A stretch of DNA of 64,000 nucleotides, taken from contig CAVNZM010000001.1 of the NCBI GenBank assembly GCA_963693365.1, positions 18,338,783 to 18,402,782 on the forward strand, read 5' to 3'. The translations under genes and the position numbers were made by a program. The notes under the pieces are model-generated. The model was not told where the DNA came from and searched no databases. It saw only the letters and a list, made by a program, of their open reading frames with translations. Below, piece by piece: positions 39,814 through 64,000 of the stretch (positions are counted from its first letter, which is position 1; every line of letters starts with the position of its first letter). The stretch comes from Amoebidium appalachense (Eukaryota > Protista > Ichthyosporea).

Positions 39814-39977
39814 GGGAGGGGGGGTCGACCGGTATAAAAGACAAGAGAAGAAAGAAGATTCATGAATGTGTCGGTCACAAGAAATGCTATTTTCGTTTGC
39901 CAAGTGAGCCACGTATGTTTAGTAGTTGGTTGCAATTCGGTTGCGAGATATAGTTAATGCTAACAGAGTCCGGGAGC

Positions 39978-40242
<265 letters not shown>

Positions 40243-40585
40243 AAAAGGTGTGTGTTTTTTTTTTGTTTTTTGTTTTTTTTTTGGGGGGGGGGGGGAAGGG
40301 GGGGGGGAAGGGGGGGGGGGAAGGGGGGGGGGAAGGGGGGGGGGGGGGGGGGCATCAATCTTTCCAAAAGACGCTTATATTTTTGATATATTTATATATT
40401 TGCTCACGAGTGTTATATTAATGCCTGTGGTATTGGCAGGAACACACACTCAGTTTGGGATCGGTCATAAAGACACCCAGAATGGAGGGAAAAAAAAAGA
40501 AAAGAAAAAAGATCTCAACCCACCAGCCATGTTAGTGCACATTTTTAAACCCGATTGGGTGATTTTCTTTAACCAATTGCCATAT

Positions 40586-40840
40586 TTAGGTGCACCATGT
40601 GGCGGTCACACCCTGCGGGCATTTCCATTTTGGGTATTTCGGTGCTACAGCATCCCTGGCAGCACTCCACTGACCCATCTCCTTCTTTTCGAAATTCGCA
40701 AACAAATTCCCGGTAAATTCCCTCAGGTGGTTGATTTCGGTCTTCCACCACGCCAAATCGATGATTTCCACGTCGTATTCTCCCGCATTTATGTAGGGTT
40801 CGATCCGAGAAGCCAGCTTGTTGAGGACCTGAATGGTGTT

Positions 40841-40919
<79 letters not shown>

Positions 40920-41541
40920 GGGGGGTGGGGGGAGGGGGGGGGGGGGGGAGACGGGGGGAAGGAATGGTTATAAGGCAGTAGCCTGAAAAAGGGGATGGAT
41001 GGGGAATTTGAGGGGTAGTGGGGGGGGGGGGGGGGGGGGGGGGGAGACAATCAGAGAAAGAAATTGCGGGTGTAGAAAATGTGGACCGTGGGACTGGAAG
41101 CGAGGTGGGAGGAGAGAGGATCGAACGCAGGGGATGGGGCAGCGGGGGGAGGGGGAGGGGCGGAGGGGAGGGGGGGGGGGGGGAGAGGGAGAGAGAGAGA
41201 GAGAAGTCCACCCACATTTGTGCACCTCTGAGGAGACAGGGGGCCGTTTGGTGCGGTGAGTTCCTCTGCCCTCTCATTGACTCTTTGAATGAACCCATCC
41301 GTCCACAGCAGCTGTGTGTAAAGATAGTTGTTCTTGGTTGGGTCTGTCAGAAGGTTAACACTCATGGCTGTGTCTAGGAGAGCACACAGCTCCGTGTTCT
41401 GACGTACACCCCCTTGGTAGCACCAATCAAATGCGCCGTCTAGGTCCCAGTTGAAGAGGGCCCACCTGCTTGTGCATGTGGTGGGTGAATGGATGGGACG
41501 TCACTGGCAGAAATCAAGGAGAGGCGGGGACGGGGGGCGGT

Positions 41542-41573
<32 letters not shown>

Positions 41574-41756
41574 AGGAGGGGAAGAGGAAGGGAGGGGGGG
41601 GGGGGATCCGGACGGGGGGGCTTTAAACGAAAATGGTAGGAATGCAATCGGAAGGATGAGCTACGGCACTCAACACACACCCAGGATTCAATGGTACATG
41701 ATGGTGTACACATACGCACACGCGCGCCCGCGCGCCCGCCCGCCCGCGCGCCCGCC

Positions 41757-41797
<41 letters not shown>

Positions 41798-42993
41798 GTT
41801 TGATTCCAAGGGGCGGTAGAGCATGAAATTCTGGTTGATGCTGTCATGGTTGCTAAACAAAAAATTGACGGCAAAAAACGTAACGAGATTCTCTTCGTGT
41901 AAATACGACCTCACGGTGCTCTCAAACCACGTGGAATCCTTGCGTGAATATGCGTTTGTAATATTGTCCGTAATTTCCTTCATGGGGGGGTACCAAATCC
42001 CCGTATCTTCGTGTGTTTGCGCATCAAACCAGCCCCGGCCCTCAGGCCAGGTAGGGGGTCTTTTCTGAAAACTAAATTGCGTCGCCTTCAACAAAAAGCC
42101 ATTCTTGTCCAGCCCGTGGCGGTCCAAGAAATTATCATCGAACTCCTCAACAATGGTATAGAGCCCCCACCCCACACCGTTAATTTTCAAATTTACGAAA
42201 TTCGCCTGCATGGAGATATAGTTTGGAACTTCACGCAGAAGTTCATATCCCAAGGCATTTCTCAGGCGGCTTTTATCAAATGGGCACCGCTGGAGAATCA
42301 ATTTTCGGGTACCCCGCCACTTGCCCAATGGGGCATTCTTGTTCAGTTTGACGGCAAATGAGCGAACATAGGCCCCACGTGAGGTTGCACCCCGAACCTG
42401 CAATCGTGTGTTTGCCACGGGAGGGTGATGGGTAGGGGGAGGGGCCGGGGGGGGGGGGGGGGGGGGGGGGGAGAGGGGGGCAAGGGGTGAGAAGTGCAGA
42501 GAGAGAAAGAGAGGGATAAAGAGAGAGAGTGTGTGTGTGTGAGTGAAAGGGGGGGGGGGAGGGGGGGGGGATATAGCAAGAGAGAGAGAATGTATCATCA
42601 GTGTGTGTCTGAGTGAGTGTCCGTGTGTGTGTGTGCGTGTGTGTGTGTGCGGGCGCGCGCGCGTGCGTCGCGTGACAAAGGAAAAAAAGGTAGACGAAGG
42701 AAGTTTGGGGGTATGGAGTACAAAATAGAAACAAGCATATGTATTGCCAAGCATGCAATAAGTGAATCTGGAGGGATGGAGAAGCTCTCACATGGCATGC
42801 CTTCCCATGTGGTTGTTTAGGCCTGTATTCCCCCCCCCCCCCCCCCACCACCACCCAAAAAAAAAAAGGTCACAAGTTGCTTTGTCTTACGTTTTCTTCT
42901 TCAACTCCTTCACCTCTTCCTCCTCCCTCCTTCTTCGTCTTCGTTTTTCTTTTTGTGGTGGTGGTGGTGGTGGTGGTTTTTTATTTTTTATTT

Positions 42994-43051
<58 letters not shown>

Positions 43052-43674
43052 GGGTGAATGAGGGAGGAATAGGCTGGAGCCTGGCTAGGCGTGTACTGAC
43101 GCTTGTTAGCAAATGGAGCTCGGGACAGTGCGTATGCATGTTCATCCGCGCATTTGCACCATGGCCCGTGACTGTGTGTGTGTATAAGTGTGTGCATATG
43201 TATCCGTGTGCCGCACGGTGTGTGTGCTTTTGTGCGTATGTGTGTACTTTCCCGTGTTCATGTATGCAAAGGTACTGTTTGCCTTAGTTTGCACTCCGAA
43301 AACATTGATGCGGAAGCGTTCTTGTGTGTGTAAGCAGATGTACTACGACGTGCTCTATGCGACAATGTTTTTTCGTAGTTTTTGAGTAACAGAGGTTGAC
43401 CACGTGACACTGATTTGCTGAGCGTGTATAGCATGCCATATACGGTATATTGGAATCGGATGGAGGGGCATCTGTCTGTAACAGCCTAAGTTACTTGTGT
43501 GCAGGCACAACGAATTCATGTGCCGCCGTTTCGTAAACAGTGCCCATTCCACGGTATACTAGAACAACTAATGATGGTGACCATAAATCGTCTTCTTGTT
43601 TTACTTTTGGTTTGGTTTCTATAGCTATAGAAAGCACTGTTCAGTGGCCCAAAAACAGATATCCGGTCCATTTA

Positions 43675-43705
<31 letters not shown>

Positions 43706-44799
43706 CCTTTCTTCTCTAGGGATCCCCATCCGCCATTCAACCACGTTGAACCATCAGAACGGAACAGAATAGAAGCACTCGTCAAAAAAGAGATTTTCCT
43801 TTGGGAAGAGTAGGTTTTTGGGGGGAAGGGGGGGGGGGGGGGGGGGATGGGGGCAACCAGCTAAAGCATTAGGTGTGTTACAGTACATACCTGAATGGTG
43901 CCGCAGGGTGCAGAAAGGTCAGACGGGTAATCAGCCGAGCGGATACATGCGTTGATGGTGATCGCGGGTGTGGCGTTGCCTGGGGGGCGTGCCTGGTTGT
44001 ACATGTCATTCCATGTTGCCGTGGCGGTGTCCCATGTTTTGATATCCAGTGTGTCGACTGTGCCCCAGGTAAAGTTCCCCGCGTATGCTTTGGCAATGTC
44101 GTTGAAAGGATAGACACGGCTTGGGTCGGTGTTAACGATGGGGACGGTGGCAAATACGTTTTTCCCCCCAGGTGTCGGCTGCGAGGTGAACATGTAGGTA
44201 TCGCCATCGGCGAGTGCGTAGGATGCATTCTTGGGTGTTTTCGACCATGTGAGGTTCTGTACCAGGTTCCCGTTGTTGTCTTTCAGAAGAACATAATCCC
44301 CTTTTCCTGAAAGGCCGAATGTGAGAGTGCATGGTCCTCCCTTTGCAGATTTATTCATAACGAGATAGTAGTTTGAATAAAGACGCTTGCAGTTTTCTCC
44401 GATGAACGCCGTGACTGTTTTGCTCGTTGAGTCGCGGAGGGACCAACCAGTCATGTCCACATCACAGTCAGGGCGTGTATTGTAAAGTTCCACCCAGTCT
44501 TTCTCTGTGTACACTTCGCTAATGACCACCGCCCCGGATGGGTTGCTGCAGAAATTCTTTGGAGGAGGATGGGGGGCCACAGAAATCACATCATCGTTCC
44601 CCTGAGAGTCTGTGATGGAAGCAAAACTTGTACCTCCACTTTGTGTGTTTTTCTTTAGCAAAAGTGCACACGGTATGGCGACGGCTGCAGCCAAAACCAC
44701 GGCAGCACCCACACCAACGAGGATTTTACGTTTTGTGGTCCATCCCACGCGTGGCTTATGGGGCCCCTCTTCCAGGGACACGGAGGACGCTTGGTTCAT
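40586..44799 (-). CDS. Membrane-anchored lamin-tail-domain + CotH kinase protein
   Basis: Exons 44799-43891, 42397-41796, 41465-41216, 40828-40586. N-terminal TM ILVGVGAAVVLAAAVAIPCALLL; LTD motifs VVISEV...DWVELYN...DMTGWSLRD...FGLS.KGDYVLL; CotH motifs VRGATSR, RLRNAL, GLYTIVEEFD, NHDSINQNFMLY, WDLDGAF. Confidence 0.88.
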
Positions 44800-45131
44800 T
44801 TTCGCGACTTGACTATCTTTCACTTGCAAGGAAGGTTGTTGTACAGAACAACCACGATGTTACACACGAACAGGCGTGATCGATTGTAGGGGCGGTCGAA
44901 GCTCGGTCAAGCTGGGTCACGGTCTGAGTCAAGAGCGGGCATAGCCTGGTTTGGTGGTAAGATTATGGAGTTGCCAGCACAGCGTGCCAATTATCCAGCA
45001 GGGCTTGGGTGAATAATAGTAAGAAGTAGTATATTTAGAAGTTTAGTTATTATCTTGTACTATGTGCATACACATCTAACAGACTACTAGAATCACGTGG
45101 CTTATCATAGGACAGTTTGCGCAACTTCAAG

Positions 45132-45159
45132 CACGGCCCTCTGAACACAGAGGGCCGTG
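45132..45159. mobile_element. 28-bp palindromic mini-insertion flanked by a 7-bp direct repeat
   Basis: CTTCAAG|CACGGCCCTCTG-AACA-CAGAGGGCCGTG|CTTCAAG: perfect 12-bp arms and an identical 7-bp flanking repeat. Confidence 0.6.
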
Positions 45160-45179
45160 CTTCAAGGTGTTCACAAGGT

Positions 45180-45506
45180 CAGGGATCGAAATTCTTAAAA
45201 AAGTTTGGGAATTATCCCAAACTTTTTTCCGGATTCCCAAAGAACCTCGGGGGATGGGGGGGGGGGGGGGGGGGGGGGGGGGAGGGGGGAAGGGGGGGGG
45301 GGGGGGGGGGGAGGGGAAGGGGGGGGGGGGAGATGGGGGGGGGGGGGGGATGGGGAGGGAGGAGGGGGGGGGGGGGAGGGGGGAGGGGGGAGATTCGAGT
45401 GGGTAAAGTGGACTGTGCACGTGGGTATAATATTGGTGCCCATGGCCAGCATGGCCTCTCGAGGGGAGGGGGCGGGCGGGGCCGCTCGGGGGGGGGGCTC
45501 CGGAGG

Positions 45507-45544
<38 letters not shown>

Positions 45545-45795
45545 AGTTGTTGAGGGGGGAGGTCGGAAGCCCTGGGAGGGGGGGGAGTTTGTGGGCCGTG
45601 AGTGGGTACCACAGTGGGTCAACACGGCCGGGGGGCGAAGATCTAGAGGGGGTAGGGGAGGAGGGCCGTCATCATCATCATGACCGTTTGTTTGCACGCC
45701 CAGGATTTTCCCAAATCTTTTCCCAAAGCTTTTTTTTCAAATCCCAAACAATTTGGACCCTACCCCAAAGTTTCAAAAACAGAAATCGAACCCTG
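45180..45795. mobile_element. hAT-like MITE, G-rich interior (616 bp)
   Basis: CACAAGGT|CAGGGATCGAAATT...GAAATCGAACCCTG|CACAGGGT: CAGGG termini, 8-bp TSD matching 7/8, subterminal TCCCAAA/TTTGGGA repeats. Confidence 0.75.
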
Positions 45796-45911
45796 CACAG
45801 GGTGCCGAGACCACCAATCATATACGTTATATTTATTGATTGGCTAAAAATGCATCAAAACAAATTTGCATTTGCAACTTGCATGTGATTGAATAACAAC
45901 ACTAGCACGGG

Positions 45912-46222
45912 CAGGGTTCGATTTTTATTTCGAATTCAACAGTTTCGGAGGGCCTCTTGCGTGTCATACACACCCCCGCCTTGGGCCAAAAATGTGTAAA
46001 TACGCGAGACTCGAAGCTGTTTTCTTGGAGCTGAGACTCGTGGGTCGGTGCACGCATGCCCCCCCCCCCCCCCCTCCCCTCCCCCCCTCCGGCCCCCCCC
46101 CCCCCCCTCCCCCCCCTCCCCCAGCCTCCCCCCCCTTCCCGGCCCCGGCCCGTAACCCTCTCCCCCCTTACCGGTATCCCCCTTCCCCCCTCCCCACGTT
46201 TTCCCGGAAAATTGCACCCTGC
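45912..46222. mobile_element. Second hAT-like MITE of a related family, opposite orientation (C-rich interior)
   Basis: AGCACGGG|CAGGGTTCGATTTT...AAATTGCACCCTG(C)|AGCACGGG. The left end matches the reverse complement of the right end of the 45180-45795 element. Confidence 0.7.
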
Positions 46223-48050
46223 AGCACGGGCGGTTATTGGAGGCCGCTCAGGAGTCCAGTTATGCACGCCGATTGTATGAGAGCTTGCATGCCTATGTGT
46301 GTGAATGTGAAGAGCTTGTCGCTTTGTGCAAGGCCCGCCAGTGGCAGACCAAGGCCAGGGATGGGTAGCCACCGCCTCGATCAGCCCAACTGCACGGCAT
46401 GCATGTGGCCAGCAGTGTGTCGGCTGCGCCATTGCTTAATGATATCATTAAAGTTCTTTGAAACATGTGGCCTCCCGCCTTCCCATTCCTCTTTGCCCAG
46501 CATTTTTGCCCACACACAGGCAAACGTTGAATCAGAGTATGTACGTATACTGTGAATATATGCGCAAACATTTGTTTCAAACTTTGCTTGCTTTGCCACC
46601 TTGATGCATGAAGGCAGTCCCGGTCCAATATTAATCCCACGTGCACCGGTACCGGTACATTTTTACATGCATATGCCGTAAAAAAAAAAGAATGAAAGCC
46701 ACAGCATACTATGCCCTTGTATGATGCAGGTACAGGGACTGACTCGGAGTCATTGTGCACATAAAGGGCAGTTGCAAGAAAACGTTTTGTTACATGCATA
46801 TGCCTATGCACTTGGTAAAAACGTGCACATGTAGGGTACCACCGTATCCATGAACCGTTTTCGCACCCGATCTATGCAATATCTCAGCTCCCAATAGAGA
46901 TAAACGGGTACTTTCTTTTTGTCGGATATAATGTAAATCTTCAGTTATTAAAATAAAAATAGTGCCTCCGGTCTAATTTACTGGCAAAAACATGAAAAGC
47001 AAATGCTGTCAAGATCTCACCCATTAACCGAACACCTCGATCTTTACAGCTACTGGTTGCATATCATATGTTTACCGTTGCCGATTTGTGAATGATGGCT
47101 TTCACCTGGACCAGCGGTCGGCAGGATGTGATGTCGACAGAAGCTCATATTAATCACCTTCATCTAGAAAAAAGCAGGCAAATTGAATAAGTTATTAATT
47201 CAACTGTTCTAAAAGGTTTTTGATGGAGTTGAACATTTTGGAAGACCTTTTCTATGTGCTCCACTCGGGCACGCATAAAATATACACGAACGCAAATCCA
47301 AAATCTCGATGTCGACATTAGGGAACCAATCGAATTCAGTTTCCGTACTTACTTACTCTCTTACTTACGTCAGGACTGGATCTGACCAGAGCCAATGAAA
47401 TCATCAGATCTGGTGTTCGGTTAATGGATGTTCGGTTGCAGCATGGATCCACCCTACGTATGCATGTCTTGTGAGCTATGACAGTACAGTGCGCAGCAGG
47501 GACAATAGTGGACATGTACATAATCTTATGTACAACATAAAGCTTCCCTAGCTATAGGCAGATATCGTCATGACACACTGTGTGCATATCCCTATGCCAT
47601 CAATTGTGTTTTTGCATATACCGTCTAACCTCCACCCACTTGGATGATACATAATACCCCTAGGCATGGGACCCATGCAAGTGCACCCTCATCGCTATAG
47701 CTTTTTGCTACTATGGAGTACGGTGAGTACACCTAATTAGCTTCACACATGAACGCACACAATGTCAGTGACTAAATTGAACTTCAAACATCTTGTCTAT
47801 ACAGAGGGCTACATCCAATGATGCCTACAGCTACATCTAAACTGGCCATTGCTCCTGGCCAACATACCAATTAATATCTGCACCAAGCTCCTTGCTCAGC
47901 TAGCTGATTCCAACCTTCACACGATATAGATTCCATGCGTTCTTTTTTCACTTTACTATGGAAACGTTCAAATCTCTAAGACAGGGCATGTCATAAGTGT
48001 GCCCTTGGTGAACGTTCACAAACAAACATAACTAAGATGGTCGGGCTAGC

Positions 48051-61484
<13,434 letters not shown>

Positions 61485-62691
61485 GTGGTTCTGTGAACAA
61501 TAGAAAAACAGAAAAAAGAAAATGCAGTTGTCGCGTAGCTTTATCTGGTGCGACCATCAAATGGAACTTGGGCAAGTCCAAGCTGCTCCTCCGTTTGTTT
61601 GTTGTTCACCTGTAAGGCTTATAAGCCACTGTGCAACACACATCTCATTGTGCAAACTTTGCCTAAAAACAGCCAAGAATGCACAAATGTAGGCTGTTTT
61701 CGGCCAGTAGCAAAAAATACTTTAAATTTCTCCAGGAGACCGCTATTTGTTACGCACTGGGAGGTAAGGAGGCCTTGTCAAGTTGTCTCAAGCCTCATAT
61801 CTATGTTTGTCTGCATCTTTCAAACGGTAGTCCAAACCTTGACCAGTGATACGGCAACAAACCCCCTATACCACCTGATCTTATTATTTTAAACTAAACA
61901 TCCAACTTTCGAGGTTCTTCACAGATATTAGTCCCCAAGTCCTGCATTTATTGTAATATTAGCAATTCATCATTAGATTGTTGTTATATTACAAAATATC
62001 ATAGTTAAAGTTTGGAAGCCGGCATACCTTAGTAATAGGTAGTTCAAGCTTCATCCGTGTCATATGGCTGATAAAAAGGTTCTTTCGAAATGTGTTCAAG
62101 CCCCCAAAACTCTAAGGAGTCAGATTGCCTAACGGATGATTATCCAATCAGATCGCAAATTTTTAACGGCCAACAAGTTGCCAGCTGGAGTGCCAGAGTG
62201 CCAAGGCCCAGTGATCCACACATACAGGCCAGGCAGCCGCCAGCACTTGGTCGTGGCCACTGTTTGGCCCTAACGAAGCCGCTCGGCAAAAATGATAAGC
62301 CGTTTAAGTTTAATTTTCTTGCAGGCAGGACCACATTGGCCCGCATGCATACATATAGGCATATGTCACCGAAGCTTGGCAGGGCCCAGGGCCCCCTAGC
62401 CGCATATATGTGTGTTCGCGATTGGGCGAGCGCAAAAGGGAAGGGAGGAGATCCCCGCGGGGGGAAGGGGGGGGGGGGGGTGGGGAGAGGGAGAAGGGGG
62501 CGGTTTGTTTTAAATGCGTTACAGAGTAAGAGGCTTGACAATGTACGAAGCACACATTTTATAACCGAGGACACGATCATGGCGATGCACATTGTAAAGG
62601 ACGCATAGGTAATGAAAGTCATCCACGTGGGTGGCACCTGGTGGCACCGTGGGTGTGCGCACGTGTGTGTGTGTGCGCACGTGTGTGTGTG

Positions 62692-62797
<106 letters not shown>

Positions 62798-63309
62798 TTT
62801 TTTATTTTTATTTTTTGGGGGGGGGGGGGGGGGGGGGGGGGGGATGGGGGGGATTGTTTCAACTGCACTAATCCATTAGATTTAATACTCAAAGAGTCCT
62901 CCCAGAAGTTTCGACTTCGCTTTAGAGCGTGCCAAAATGTAGCACAATAATAATCGCAGATACCTCAACAGGACCATTGTTTTAAATTGGAACTCTCCCT
63001 GTCTCTGCACAGACGTGTACCAAAACGACAAGTACGTGTACCAATAATACTCGATAACTACCATTATACACAACCGAGCAAACAAGAAAAGAAACATATA
63101 CTGCGGCCCTATCATCAAACAGATCCAAATCCCAAGCTCGCACAAATTCACAGCCCTCAAACAACTCTTTCATGTAGTAACACCTGATGATAGTGACAAT
63201 ACTCCAAAAGCAAAAAGGTAGGACAGAACAAAATACACGAAGAAATCAACTTTACTCTCCTTCAACTTCCAGGGGTGGCCTGCCACTCCAACGATCGAAC
63301 ACTTCATCT

Positions 63310-63384
63310 TCATCCACTCATCCTTATCTGGTAGTCTGTAGGAGCAAAAAAGTCAGATAATCCCCCCCCCCCCCCCCCCCCCCC

Positions 63385-63415
<31 letters not shown>

Positions 63416-63740
63416 AGACACACACCTTCTCCCACACCCACCACCCACAAAACACACACCACACACACACACACACACCCTCCTCCCCTCCCCCCTCCCC
63501 CCACCGCTTCATCTTTTCTTCTTCACTTCCCCTCTCCCTAGTGCCAGACAGCTCCTTTTTGCTAAAAGCCATTCGCCCACACGAACGGTGGCACACACAC
63601 ACGCAGGCACGCAAGCACGCACAGACCAAGGTCGAACGGACACACGGACATACATACATGTCACGCACACATGCACATAAACACACACACACACACACAC
63701 CCACCCACACACACACACACACGGCACACACACGCACACG

Positions 63741-63822
<82 letters not shown>

Positions 63823-64000
63823 CAAGCACACACACACTCGCACGACAGGGGGTACATACCGCCGTTCTGAGTGATGTATCGGACCCAAGGCAGGGCCTGG
63901 TAGCCGCTCTTCTCAATGATCTTCAGGTAGCGCACTTGGATGCCCGACGTGGTGAAGTATGGGATCTCAAACTGCACAGAGATTGGTGGCCGCCCCTCCT
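63310..64000 (-). CDS. AP1M1: AP-1 complex mu subunit, last two exons (gene continues beyond the window)
   Basis: Exon 64000-63860 reads GRPPISVQFEIPYFTTSGIQVRYLKIIEKSGYQALPWVRYITQNG|gtatgt; exon 63335-63310 reads DYQIRMSG*. Near-identical to the mu1 C-terminus. Confidence 0.95.

Overview
Eukaryotic genomic DNA with intron-rich genes. Introns and intergenic spacers are full of G/C homopolymer runs and (CA)n/(GT)n/(GA)n microsatellites, so most ORFs in the supplied track are low-complexity artefacts. Genes reconstructed by hand from GT-AG boundaries and reading-frame phase, left to right: the 3' end of AP-3 sigma; a 12-exon KDM4-like chromatin reader (PZP, hybrid double Tudor, C-terminal Cys motif) with no JmjN/JmjC; intronless histones H2B, H3 and H4 (no H2A in the window); an HTH protein; an intronless protein with two RFX-like winged-helix repeats; an F-box/LRR gene; a DUF1769 gene; a membrane-anchored LTD-CotH kinase; a hormone-sensitive lipase; and the 3' end of AP-1 mu. 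Three MITEs and a 28-bp palindromic insertion are also present. The best-supported unusual signal is that all three histone genes end in a lineage-specific 6-4-6 stem-loop (GGTGTT-NNNN-AACACC-ACC) followed at near-fixed spacing by CAAAGA. This is the full cis-layout of animal-type SLBP/U7 processing. The gene content suggests a non-animal opisthokont, possibly a unicellular holozoan; that is inference, not established here. Homopolymer lengths may be inflated by long-read errors.
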